Shown piece after piece: positions 48,320 through 61,024 of a stretch of DNA of 64,000 nucleotides. The stretch covers positions 1 through 64,000 of the forward strand of contig AP026138.1 in the NCBI GenBank assembly GCA_030295235.1, read 5' to 3'. This DNA is from Fistulifera solaris (lineage: Eukaryota). The stretch's first letter is position 1, and each line of letters opens with the position of its first letter. Both the position numbers and the translations under genes were made by a program. The notes beneath the pieces were generated by a model, which saw nothing but the letters and a program-made list of their open reading frames with translations, was not told the DNA's origin and did no database searches.

Positions 48320-49457
48320 TACAATGAGAATTACAACAAAGAGAGAGAAAACACACAAGAGAGGCTTGCAGCAAGAGAACTCGAGCAACACCTCTTTCGA
48401 TCAATCGTCCTTTGCTATCGTGCTTCTCTTCGCTGGTTGCCGCACCTACATTTTTTCGTTGGAAGGGCCAAGGATCTCATTCACGTCCGTGCGTCCGTGC
48501 CGACGTAACGTCTCGATCTTCTATGTACGGAGTATACTATATGAGCCACTGCCATCGCGTGGAGCGTTAAATTATTTAACTCGACCAAGATACAAATACT
48601 CCGAATTGTACTAGCAGGCTCGCAATAGAGAACGATTGAATCTTCTACCGGTACTCAGAGATGTTTTGGAAAACATTTCCGAACTCCGAACAGCGAATAG
48701 AACAATAGAACGAGGCACAAGGCATTCAACATTCAACATACAAGCGCAACTCGCGGTTCCGTGGCTCGCGCGTCCGTAATTCCGTTTTCAAAATTTTCTC
48801 ACTTGAAGAAGAGTATGAAGCGGAGTGTTCTAAACGTTCTAAGTAAGGATTGACGTCGACTAAGTAAATGTCCAACGGATCGAAAGAATTGTGTTTCATG
48901 TTTCATCGGAATTATTTGAACAACCCCCATTTAAACGTTTAACCCTGTTGGGGTTCGCCGAATTTTGAGTTTTGAGTTTAAGAGACGTCGAAGTGAATTG
49001 CAGTTAAACGTCAACTGTGACACTCACGTTTCCCTTTCAATAGCCCCAGGCCTTCGAAAAACGGAGTAATGGAATGCAGCAAACTCTATGACCTGGATAC
49101 TATCATGGACCACCAACAATTGCCCACTCCGGTTTGCCGGTTTGCCTCTCGTCTCTCATCTCTCATCTTCCGTTTACTTAGTCGAAATGTCAGCGTTATC
49201 ACGAATTAAGCAGCTCAAACAAATAGGCAGCTCAAACAAATAGTGGTCTTGCTAGTTGATACCCGATAGCTCAGAGCCTCCTCAGAAGTACCAGTAATAA
49301 CGCTCGTCTTAGCAGGGTATAATCCAGAAGTAAATTATTATTCTTTTGTTCATGATAGTGATGCCCTACTTTCATTGATAGATACATTGCGAAACAAGTG
49401 AGGCTCAAGTAGCGGTGGCGGCGGTAGCTGTGTTGTAAAGTGATAATCCTGCTAATG

Positions 49458-50147
49458 TCATGCAGCTTCTGCCGCTCGTCGTCCCATGTCCAATATGATG
49501 GAGGAATTGATGATAAGCTCTTCGATGATCGCTCTGGGAAAGCCGTGTTTGGGCTGCAAAACACCCATTGTTAAAATATCCACCAAGCGTTCCGCGGTAT
49601 CGTGCTCTGCAGCAATATCGCAAAGCTCGTAGTGACAGTTGGCCTTGTTGTTGAGCACCAGTGCTTCGACCATGAGTGCAGCCGGACTTGGACGTGCATC
49701 GGAATCCGCCAATAACTGCAGAGTAAACATGTAAAGGTTCAAAGCTTGTTGAATCAACTTTGAGTGACCTTTGATTCCTCGTTTGTGAAAGCATAGTGCC
49801 AAATTGAAGAGAACGATCGAGCTGTAAAAGGAAAGCTCCCTTTCGCCGAACAATACTCGTTCTTGAAGAAGAAACGGCACGCTGTACATGAATGTCGATC
49901 CGTCCCAATTTCCAAAGCTCAACTTTTCCGGAAAGGCGACGGCCTCGAGCAAAGTGAATCCAAGAGACGATTCCTCATCAAACTTGCTTCGGTTGTGACT
50001 CACGACGGATAGTTGAGCCGCCATTTGCTTCAAGACGACGAGCGATTCTTGGAAATACTTGGCCGCTGTTCGGCAGTCGCCGTCAATGAAAAGTTGAACA
50101 CCGGCGTTGTTCAATGAAAGATACGATTGGTCCACTGGGATGACCAT
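49458..50147 (-). CDS. Hypothetical helical-repeat (TPR-like) protein
   Basis: LNNAGVQL, SSIVLFNLALCFH, ALVLNNKA and terminal AAEAA; resembles an expanded diatom family from memory, not searched. Confidence 0.75.
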   Translation of the reverse strand: MVIPVDQSYLSLNNAGVQLFIDGDCRTAAKYFQESLVVLKQMAAQLSVVSHNRSKFDEESSLGFTLLEAVAFPEKLSFGNWDGSTFMYSVPFLLQERVLFGERELSFYSSIVLFNLALCFHKRGIKGHSKLIQQALNLYMFTLQLLADSDARPSPAALMVEALVLNNKANCHYELCDIAAEHDTAERLVDILTMGVLQPKHGFPRAIIEELIINSSIILDMGRRAAEAA

Positions 50148-50959
50148 GTTGTTGTGTTTGATGCAGTTGTGAGCAGGAGGCGTTTGTGTCTTTTGTGTGT
50201 TTTTGTTTGCATGTTTCATTTGTGTTTTGGCTTTTGACAACACTTTGGGCAAGTGGAATTGCCCACTTGATGATGAAGAAGCACGAAGTGGGAGGCTAGA
50301 CTAGCTGCAAGCTACCTGGTACTGTATTTTCTTATTTTCGTTTCCGTAGTCCCTCGTCCAAAGTCTGTTGCCCAAAAATCCCAAAAAGATCAAAACAGAC
50401 AGAAGCCAAGTGTCTGCGCACTACTTTCGAGGCTACACTCTCCAAGGGACATTGAAGTTTGAAGTCCTTCGATCCTTCGATTTTTCAAATGTTAAGTAAT
50501 TTTCGGAAAGGGCATTATGAACTAGACACGATATGTTAAGAGTTTTTGACAAGGGTCATTCTATGGCTTTTAATGTAAGCCTCTTTGTTCTTTTAGGCAA
50601 ACGTCATCGACGTGCGAGATTTAACTTGAAGTTGAAGGAAAACACATAAAGATATTTTGTTGACAATGAACAATGAAGAAATACGACGAATAGGAAATAA
50701 TATTATAACGTACTCCGTAGTTTAAACAGTACCACGACTGCAGTTCAGTCACGAACTAGAACATTTTCCTAGCCATGGTGCTTTGCTAAGATGTGTTTCT
50801 TTTGCTTGTCTTGTAACCTCCAACTACGGATATCAAGCTGCATGCTGCCTAGCAAATAATGCCTCGACTAACTGCCGCGATATTATTGCGGATCGTGCTT
50901 TGGATTATTGACTATACCCCCGAAATGTTGTCTTGTCTTATTAACAATGCCACGGCTAC

Positions 50960-51352
50960 AAGGTCGAAAAAACTGGTCCAGAATTTCTGGACCACCACAG
51001 GGTTTCTGTATGATGAGAAATAATAACGTTTCCAGAATTTTTGAAACGTGCAATTCTTTCGTTATAATCCAAACCACACTTTCCAGAATTTCTGGAACGC
51101 GCACTTTCTGTCGTTATGATTCAAAATACAGTTTTCTGAATTTCTGGAACCTGCACAGCATTTCGTTGGGCTCGAAAAAACTGGTCCAGAATTTCTGGAC
51201 CACCACAGAATTATTGTATGAACTGAAATAAAGCATCCAGAATTTCTGGATCGTGCAATTCTTTCGTTATGATCCAAAACACATTTTCCAGAATTTCTGG
51301 AACACGTACTTTCTGTCGTTATGATCACAAACACCGTGTCCAGAATTTTCCA
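50960..51352. repeat. Array of TCCAGAATTTCTGGA palindromes, ~46-60 bp units in a ~208 bp higher-order repeat (array 3)
   Basis: Eight cores; block TCGAAAAAACTGGTCCAGAATTTCTGGACCACCACAG repeated at ~50965 and ~51172. Confidence 0.92.
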
Positions 51353-51777
51353 CGAACTACAAGTACAGGTACTAGCTAGAACGATGGGATGTTTGCTGTT
51401 GTCATAAAAGACGCATCGGTACTGTTTTCTCCCGCGTGAAATGACTCAACAAGCGTGCCGCACGTCGGTTGGTTGTTGGTTCTCGTCGTTTCCGAAAACA
51501 TCAAACACACGCCACGGCAGAAAAAAGGCTTCGATTGCGTTGCATTTTCGTCTTTCGTTCGTTTGGATGATAGTTCATGACAAGAAAGACCTCACAGATA
51601 AAGTCGATTCGAAATACATTCACATATTACCAAGAAATCGATATATTAAGTGAGCGAGACAGCACCCGAAAGGCTTGTCAACGAACAACTCACTCCTTTT
51701 CTCCCATTTGTCACGCCCTTTCTCAATCGAGAACACAACCAAGACTCTTCTATACGCGCTCATAAACAATAACGAAC

Positions 51778-53226
51778 ATGCCTCGAAGGAACCGCGCATT
51801 CACAATTCGCACAACATTCTTTTTATTACTACTATCGGTCGCACAATGTTATCAAATACCGAAACCTTTGGCGGCGTCTTTACAACCGGCTTTATTCGAA
51901 GCACCCCCACGACGTTTGCAACAACCCGTCCCCATCATTCCGGCACGCGCGCAACAAGACATTCAAATTATGACAGAAAATATGAGAGCCATGACAAGGG
52001 TCGAAATGGTGGCCATGACATCGACGGGTGCGGCCTTGTTATTGGGAATCATTGCACTGTTGGCGAGTTCGATGGAAACACCGTCCGTCGAACAAGCGCC
52101 GATTCAGGCGCTCGAAGAAGTTGTGGCGAATGTCGTCGATGCGGCCGTGCCCTTGACTGCCACCGATGTCGTGTCGGTGTCGATGGGAGAAGGGTTGGCG
52201 GGTTTGTTGAGTGCGGGCTTTACCTATTCCTTGAGTCAATTGCGGACACTCGCAATGCAACAAATGTCAACCACCAATCGAAAACGCGCGACCACATTGA
52301 CGACGCCTCCTTCCCAAGTGGCACCCACGTTTTCGGATGCCGTAGCCGATGGTGACTTTTTATTGACACGAGCCGCCGCGACGCCCTTCTTGGCGGCGGC
52401 GGGTGTGTCTCCGGTATTGGCCGCTACATTGAGTGTAGCCTTTGCCATTGTACCGTCGGAATCCATTCGACTGAAAGCACGAGCTCGGCAACGGCGATTG
52501 GAAGAAGATCGATTGTTACAGAAACTGTTGCAACAACAGTTAGAAGAAGAAAAAACAGAATGCATCCGTCCTGCAAAAAGTTCAAAGTGTCATTCAAATT
52601 CGAGACCCATCACAGCAACAACAAATCGTCGATCCCGAAAGTCTGAAACCCATTGTTTCGGAAAAGTCAGCGAAAGGTTTGAACTTTGTCGAAATCTTTT
52701 GTGATATTACACGATGGCTGGAATATTCGGTTCTCATGAATGATTACAAGGGCATGTTTCCCTTTCTCGACCCCGCGATGGAAAGTGCCGTCTTTGGGGC
52801 ACTTGCCAGTCTCTCCGCACTCCTCTATGCCGATGTCTTTAATGCCTACTTTGGCTTGGGAGGATCCGAAGTCCGACGAGCACTGGAACAGCGGACGGTG
52901 GCGGAATGGTCTTCGGCCTATTTAACGCGTATGTTTTACGGAGCCGTCCTGTTTGGGGTGTACGAAGGAGCGCAAGGCCCGGTGACAGAGCTGGTCGAAT
53001 CCTTCTTGTCGGGTGGTGTCGATGGTTGCGTAGGATCCGATTTTTGTAAGTAGAGTCCCGTATCGTGCAGTGGTATAAGGATCTTATCCGGATGCTGACA
53101 ACCTTTCGTCTTTCTTAGATCAACAATGTGTGGATACGTACGTCACCGAAAATCCTACCGGCTCAACACTGGAAACGCAGGCGCACGACGTAATGGTCAA
53201 CATGGCCAGCTTTGTGGACCGTTTAA
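51778..53226 (+). CDS. Hypothetical signal-peptide-bearing membrane protein
   Basis: Signal-like N-terminus and hydrophobic segments; ORFs 51778..52704 and 52679..53053 joined by a frameshift; probable intron 53047-53118. Confidence 0.6.
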
Positions 53227-53477
53227 TGAGTCAATTTAGCAACGGTTCATGAATTTCTGCGCTTTTCGTGGGAATTTCACGGTGCACTGCACTAATTTCT
53301 TTTTGTACATAACTCTCTACGATAACGTAAAATAATACGGAGTAGTATAATTTTTCATTGAAACGATTGCTTCTCTTCATACCAACGCCTAGTTGCGCAA
53401 TTACATCGCAACTAATGGTGAAAACATAATATGTAATATAAAACAAGGGAGCTATGTAATTGTGCTACAATGACCAC

Positions 53478-54808
53478 TTAATCTTGTTGCGGCCTTTGCA
53501 AAATTGTCGCCACCTTCTTGCATTCCGTTTCGAGTTTGAGATGCGTTCGGACTCCGACATCCAAGGCGGTTTGCACAACTTGCTTCGCGCCCAACTCTTG
53601 GGCACGCTTACGAGCTTCTTCGGAAGCACGGAGCAGCGATCCTATGCACTTGGCGGACAGTGTGGCATTGTGGGTTTGGCCTCGGCCTTGCCGAGTTCCG
53701 CCACCAGCGTCTTGAGAATATCGCGCTGCGAATGTTCGCCCGCTTGATGCAAAAACTCCTCCGCGACTTCGTTGGAGGATGTTGTTCGTAGACGAGCGCG
53801 TGGCTTGGTGTCTTCAGGTTCGTTATCGTCCATGTCGTTGAATCGATCCGACTGCTCAATCACGTCGAGCGAATTGGCCAAGACCGCGAGCGCCAGATTG
53901 TGCAGCACTTTATGGTGTTCTTCATCAATCGATTCTTCTACCTCATCCGCGGCTTCTTCCATGTCGACAATCTTATTGAACTGCACCAGGTTCAAAATAT
54001 GCTCTCGAATTTCTTGAAACGGACTTTCATCTAACATGACATCGGATGGAGTTTCACCCAACTCTTCAATCGAAATTCCTTGAATGCTGCCCAACAGCAC
54101 CACATGTGCCGCAAGTACTGCCGTAACGTGTCCTGTTTTGCGAGGATCGGTCAACAAACACAGACTCTCCAGACCGAGCAAGGTCGCATCCAAACGATCC
54201 TTCTTGAGCAAACTGTGCGCAATTTCAATGGCAATAATCGCATTCTCCTGCTCCTTGAGATCACGGTTGTTCATTTCAATCGACAACATCCGCTCGACTT
54301 TCTTGTATTTGGCCGCGGAAAAGTCGTCAAGCGGCGTGTAATCACTATCCATGACGGCCGCATCCAAAATACTTCTCGAATACCGATGAAAGGCAATTGA
54401 ATCACCCTTGCGCCGTTGCAATTCAACCATGATCCCCTGCGGATGATACTCTGCAGGTGTTTGCCACAAACACAGATGCAATTCGACATTTTCGTCCGTC
54501 AAAGGTTGGCGGTCGCCGCTTCATCGTTGTATTGCGCATGCACCGACAGTGTGCGCAAACAATCCGAAATTCGTTTCGCAATCTCCGTGGCGGTCGCTCC
54601 TTCAATGACGCGGGTTGACTTTTCGAGCGGATAAAAGGCGGGAGGAGGTCGTAATTGCTGGGGATTCCAATTGCTCGTGGATGCGGGTTTCGGAGGTAAT
54701 TTCGCCGGACGATAGTCGTCCATGTCAATGACTTCGGAAGGAGGGGATTTCAATTGTGCGTGTTCGATCAAAGTAACATCATTTCGGGCTCCTCCCATGT
54801 GCACGGAT
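53478..54808 (-). CDS. Hypothetical protein with KA1-like segment and helical C-terminus (5' exon unresolved)
   Basis: ORFs 54499..54804 and 53642..54502 plus a downstream frame (HNATLSAKCIGSLL..QRPQQD*) read as one protein across two frameshifts; acceptor CAG at ~54809-54811. Confidence 0.65.
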
Positions 54809-55067
54809 CTGCAGAGAACAAAAGTGGTTGAATTGGCAACAAGTTAGTTAGAACTCTTTCGACAAGAAGAGAGTATTACAACGCTTATAAAGCAAGTTCT
54901 TTCGCTCGTGTGCAGCAACATTGACAAATGCATCTTCTCTCGTTAATTCCCGCACACACATCACGATACGCGTAGCCTCTCGACTCTTTGTAACAGAACA
55001 CGCTTTCACTGCAGATTGTTTTTACGTACTGGAATTGAGGACCCTTGGAGGGAAACGATCGTTGTGT

Positions 55068-55077
55068 ATTGTTGTCG

Positions 55078-55124
<47 letters not shown>
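55068..55124. repeat. (GTT)n/(AAC)n microsatellite
   Basis: ~18 trinucleotide units with one interruption. Confidence 0.95.
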
Positions 55125-56197
55125 CATTGTAGTTATACAATTTGTTATTTGACGCAATGCTTCCGTTTATGAGCGGAACACAAACAGTCTTTTGCTTCTT
55201 GGTCTTAAAGAACTTTTACTTCTTCGGAAGCAAAACGAATTGTGTGTATCGTCAAAGGTGTCAAATCGTACTTTCAACCATGCAACACGTTGTTTGTTGG
55301 TTGTTGCGCTGCAATCACAGCTCCAACCGATCGTTTTGCGCCACGCCACGACTGGAGCGCCGGTTTCGGCCAGTTCCATTCGTCCTCTTCGTTGGTAGGA
55401 GTATCAATCCGGTACTGGCAAGTACTTTGTTTACTAGGACACAAAACAACATTGGCGTAACGTGGTCTTGAAAGGAACGCCCTTCGGGTTGGATCATTGC
55501 CAAATCTACAGACCTGTAGAATGCATTTCCGAGTCGTACTTGATTTCACATACGGAACGGCCCGCGGGTTTCACTACTTAGAAAACGAATGGGATTGCTT
55601 CTTCAGTATACTCGTAAAGAGTAGTGGCACGTCCACAGGAGAACTGGATGAAAAGTTGCGTGATGGATTCTGAATTCCGTATTCCCTGGAGGAGAATGAC
55701 TTTGCGGAGCCGAAAAAGTCGCTGAAAATGACCCTCCGTGTCAGTGGAACAGTACTCTCGCATGGATTGTGGAAGCAACAATAAAAATTGCACCGAGCGG
55801 TGGCGAGGACGGAGGCGTATCCAAGCGTGTCGTAAGTTTTTGAGAGGATGCCTTTTGGCCCATTCGATTGTATTTATTACGAAAATAGTCTATAGTTTCA
55901 AATTAATCTTCTCTTTAATTCATCTATTGAACGAGGAAGATTAGCGCTGGCTTTGCGGGAAGATTTCTACGGAAGATATCACGCCATTTGTCGACTACAA
56001 AAAGTCGACGCAGTCATCCTTTGATCAACAACATCGGTGACAGTGGAAAGACCGCTTCCTTTGATTGCAAGAGAGAGAACAGCTGACAGCAGCAGACTAT
56101 TTAGAATCATTCAGATTGTAAAGGAGACAAATTCAGATCTTACAGCGAACGTATTATTGCTTTTATAACTCTATCGAATCAGCGGTGTCCTCCGATT

Positions 56198-57994
56198 ATG
56201 GCGCGCAACAACTCTCCGGCACCTCCTCCGCCGGAATCTCCGGCCGTTTATATGACACCTTTGCTTTCCAAACGAAAAGATGGAGTCTTTCCCAGTCTCC
56301 TCGATCTCAGTGATCCGTCGCGAACCATCAAACCTGTTGGAGGCCTCAACAAAGCCTACCGAACGAATGCGAAATTGTTGCTGCAGTTGCGAGAAAAAAC
56401 ACCAATGAAGTGAACAGTGAAGGAGAAGAATTACAAGCACTCAAAGATGCGATCGATGAAACAATATTGGAAATTATGGAAGATAGTGATGATGTCGTGG
56501 ATGTCAAGTTTCAAGCGGCCGGATGTTGTTGGACGATGTATTTCAATGACGATATGAATGACGCGCACGAGAACTTTTGTGTCGAAATCGTCTTGCTGGC
56601 CAATGAAATTGCCGGCACACTCAATTATGTGGCAGACGTCATGTTGCAGCCTCTGGTGGAAGTCGATCCGGATCCATTGGCGCCGCCGCTCCGAGGATTT
56701 CGGGAGGCGAAAGGGGCGTTTGAAAGTATCGCACTCGCTATAAGGAAGTGTATAGTACGACTGGAATTTCCAGAGTTTCCGGAAGGTTGCAAGGGGCGAG
56801 CTTTTCGTGAAGTCTATCAGTTGAATGCTAGGGTAAGTAGAAGCTACAAGTTCATCAGGGAGGCGCGCTGCTTCGGACATGCAACTACTTCTCAGTGAGG
56901 TTTGACTCACTTTTTCGTGTTGATCGTTACTTTCACAGCTCAAATCAGGTTCGTTTGCTACAGTGTGTCGAGGAACGCACCGAGCGACCGGACGCAAAGT
57001 CGCCATCAAGTGTGTACTACGCAAAGACTTGCCACCAGCGGACGATGCCGCCATCTACGATGAAGTAGCCATTCTATCGAGTCTCAATCACCCACACATT
57101 GTTCCGCTCATCGACTTTTTTGATGAGAAAGATTGCTACTTTATTGTCATGGAACTGATGAGCGGAGGTGATCTCTTTGATCGAATCGGTAAAAAGAAAT
57201 CCTACAGTGAGGCCGATGCGCGCGATCTGGTGGTGAAAATGCTCAAGTCGGTGGCCTACTGTCACCAGCGCAAGATCGCGCATTGCGATATGAAACCCAA
57301 AAACTTGCTACTCATGTCCGAAGAAAACGACTCATTCATCAAACTGGCCGATTTCGGTTTCGCCGCCCGGGTCCACGCGCCCAAGACGTTGACCAAACAA
57401 TGCGGAACTCCATTCTTTGTGGCACCTGAAATTCTAATGCGAAAACCGTACGATCATCAATCGGATATGTGGAGTGTGGGATGTATCATTTTCCTCTTAT
57501 TATCAGGAAACCTACCTTTCATGGGGAGAAGTCAGAAAGAGCTGTTTCGAAAGATTGTAGCTGGAAAATTCGAATTCAGTGGCGACGACTGGGCCAATGT
57601 ATCTGATGATGCTAAAGATCTGGTGAAGAGAATGCTGGTTCTTGACCCAGATGAGCGCATTACATCAGCGGAAGCGATCCGACATTCCTGGCTCAAGACA
57701 TCTCGAGATCGTCTGAACTTGGTCAGTTTGGAGGGGACATCGCAGAGATTGAAGACATTCAACGCGCGAATGAAGCTAAGAAGTGCAATGATTGCCATCG
57801 ACTGGGTTCACAGCATTCAGCGTGTATCGTGGATTTCGAAGAGAGGTTTGAATACAGGATTGAATGGAAAGTCACCATCACCCTCACCTAAAGTGACCAA
57901 TAACCGCAAGTCTATGAAATCGGATGTCACTAACGACATGTCGAAGCTTTCCATCAAGGCGAAGGAAAAGAAGAAGCACACGCTTGAAATTTAA
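56198..57994 (+). CDS. Ca2+/calmodulin-dependent protein kinase-like Ser/Thr kinase with N-terminal extension
   Basis: KSGSFATV, VAIK, HCDMKPKN, DFG, CGTPFFVAPE and DMWSVG motifs; FNARMKLRSAM CaM-binding-like segment; intron 56833-56938; frameshift at A run ~56394-56399. Confidence 0.92.
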
Positions 57995-58279
57995 GATTAG
58001 ATGGAATGCGCATATATCGGTTGCTATTGCCCCAGTTGCAAAATGTTTACACCGGGATGGTGACGTATAACTTTGCAGAAGATCAAAAGCAGCAAAATTT
58101 AAATTCCGAAATAAATACTGTTAAGTTCTATGTTCGTATGTGGTCATTAATGTTGCGTTGAACGAGAATCTCGCCTTTTGAGGGCGGTAGGAATGAAGTG
58201 CTTGCATCGGAAGACTCTACGGCCATAGATTGCAATGGTGATAAAGTGTGTGGACTATTAACACATCTTACGCGCGTGA

Positions 58280-59861
58280 CTATTCCTTGTTCTTTTTATC
58301 CTTCTTTTTCTTCTTGTCTTTCTTGTCTTTTTTTCTTTTTGGGCGCGTCTTCATTGCTACCTTTGCTACCATCATCGGCGGGACGTTTCTTGTCATCGCC
58401 GTCGTCATCGACTTCCATGCCTTCCGCCGGTGTCTCAACGATCGCTTCACTACTGCCACTTAGAGCCGGAGGATTGGATTTGGAGAAATCCTTGTACGAC
58501 GTCAAAAAATCCGAAGGAGTTTGATCGTTCGGCTTTCCGTGCTTGTCCAGTTTTCCTTCCTTGATCAAGTTCTTTTTACGTTGTGCCATGGGACCCAATC
58601 CCCATCGTCGCGGGTAGACATCCCGTTCCATAATCACACGTTTGATCTTAGCCACGACACCGTGATCGCACGTCGCCATGACCGCCGTCGTCATTTGCGC
58701 AATGGCTACGGCAATAGCTTCACCCTTGGTGGTCATCAAGACAACTTCGGTCCCCATTTCAATGCCATCGGCAAAGCGCAAAAGACCGGGAATCATAAAC
58801 TTGGCTCCGTAACAAATAGCATTCACACAACTATCTTTCACGACCAAACGCTTGTAATTGGTCAAAAGAACTTCGAGTGGCATGACGACACGACGCAAGT
58901 ACGTTTCATCCCTGGTCTGATCGTAGACATGTTGTGCATCGAGAACGTCGTGCATGGTGACCATATTGTCAGCTTCACCCAAGACTCCACTCTTGACACG
59001 ACGGAGTTCCTGCATGTGTCCACCGGTTCCTACCAACAGCCCGGCATGGACGCAGAGTGTTCGTACGTACGTCCCCGCCTCACATTGGACCCAAAAGACT
59101 CCCAAACGACGTTCGGCATCGAATTCCAACAATTTGGAGTCGTAAATCGTACGAATCCGCAATTGACGCTTGACGGCCGAAATCAAGGGCGGTCGCTGAA
59201 ACAGCGCACCCCGCAACGTCGTTTCCATGGCGCGTTGCAGTACTTTGGTATCTTCCAGAGCATCGTGCAAGCGCAAGACGCCAATGTATTCTTTACCGGC
59301 ACTTTGTTGTGCCTTGACGAGACGCGTGGCGCGATCCAAGCAGACGATGAGACAGCCGGTGACCTTTGGATCCAAAGTACCGGAATGTCCCGTCTTTTCG
59401 ACGCGGAGAATGCGTTTGATCCAGCTCACCACTTCGTGCGAGCTGGGATTGGCTGGTTTATCGAGATTGATGACACCGTACGACAAGTGTTGCGGCAATG
59501 TACGGGCCAACGGCGAAGAACCAGTAGGTAGAGGCGTGTAATGAGCCGTACGAATGTGTAGTTCGTGATAGTTCTTGAGCAACAAGGGCCACTGGGAAGT
59601 ATCGAGCTTGGGTGTATGCGAAGCCGGTTGAATCATCGCTCCTACCGATGTTTCGACGATCGCACCGCCATCCGAGGCTTTGCGTTTCTTGGCTTTCGAG
59701 TCTGTATGTCACAACGACACATTGAATAAAAAAATTAACAAGAAAGACTGGTGAGTGTATTGTTTTCAAAGAGACCTTACGATAACAATTTTGAGGACGG
59801 ATTAAAAGCTTGCGTGCCGGGTAATTCCTATTTAGCCAGCTTTCGACTTACCGGATCCCAT
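58280..59861 (-). CDS. CBF5: Dyskerin / Cbf5 H/ACA pseudouridine synthase
   Basis: [40 protein letters not shown] and PUA domain; 10-nt first exon 59861-59852 and intron 59702-59851; Lys-rich tail restored by a 1-nt shift near 58330. Confidence 0.98.
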
Positions 59862-60065
59862 TTTGATTACAGTTTGCTGTTCTATTGGAAGTGAAATGAA
59901 AGACAGACTTAAACAAGAGATTAGATTAGATGAATAGTACAAAGGCAAGAAGCGGTGGAACAACAAAAAAAAAAAGATCAGGTTTTGCGTCCTTCCGATC
60001 TTCTTCCGATTGGATGGTGTATGCGGTGTCGAGAAACGAGTGTCAACGAACAGACCGTCAGTCGG

Positions 60066-60560
60066 TATAGCCCCAAAGTGTAGCAGACATTCCGAACGAC
60101 TAAGTTTCAGTCACGACCTGTAAGTTGGATATGCCATGTCATTCTTAGCGTCCGCTGATGATGTGTGATGGCATGAAACGTTACCTCCAAAAGAGTGACA
60201 TACGATTTTAAAGCTAACTCGAGTTGATGTATGCAATAATGGACGCCGGTTATCCGTCCGTACCAGGTAATTTGCCAAGGAAACATTACTATCGTTCAAA
60301 GTGTCTGTATTTCACCATGACTGGATTTCAGTCATGAGTCGAGATATTCACTTTGCTTTAGGGCCTAGCAAAGATAGCAACTTGTTTTCCGATAATCATA
60401 GATCAATGAACACCGATATCAAATCATATATTGTAGTTTCATTTGCAATACAAGTTGCGATTTATTCAGCCAAATAACTCTCCGAACCGCATCGCTTGTT
60501 CGTTTTTTGCCACGACTGGATTCCAGTCATCAATCTGCGATTTCACTTTACCATTTTGTG
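60066..60560. repeat. Cluster of three dyad-element copies in the CBF5/PDZ divergent intergenic region
   Basis: TATAGCCCCAAAGTG..ACGACTA-N5-CAGTCACG (60066-60115), CATGACTG-N5-CAGTCATG (60316-60336) and CACGACTG-N5-CAGTCATC (60511-60531); the last two are followed by TTCACTTT. Confidence 0.65.
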
Positions 60561-61024
60561 TACTAGAACGGTACGCAATGGCTAAAACCAGAAAGTCTTC
60601 TTGTCGTTGGACCCTTTTGTGGAACCAATGCGGAAGATTGGCTCTTAATTGTGACTACCGCTTTGCGCGTCCGCCGGTACTTTCGCGCCAATGCACCAAG
60701 GAATAGAAAAGCCTCACTTTCGTACGAACCCTCCTCGTGCCTCGTCGTCAGGCAAGACGCATAGAGTGCATTGCTTATTGTTGCAAAATTTTCAGACCCA
60801 GCCGAATTCTCTCATTCATTCTCTTATTTATCCTCGTCTCTTTGCATTCTCATTTATTTTTCACCTAAACGAGTGGTTATTATCAGAGTTGAAAAAGAGT
60901 AGAGGAAGTCGCACAAGAGGCTTGACAAAAGGATTAATTGTAAAGCTGCCAAGCAGACCCTTGGGAATATCGAACAAAGTGCGAACGAGTGCGAATTCTT
61001 CTTGTAATTCAACAATATACGACA

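Noticed and set aside
54885..55172. Poly-Asn / poly-Val ORFs
   Set aside because: Translations of the (AAC)n microsatellite
58521..59531. Long antisense ORF (336 aa) and similar shadow ORFs opposite AMT, kinase and peptidase genes
   Set aside because: Antisense to well-supported genes, explained by codon bias; no recognisable motifs
59702..59851. Intronic H/ACA snoRNA in CBF5
   Set aside because: One weak hairpin, but no properly placed H box, second hairpin or C/D boxes
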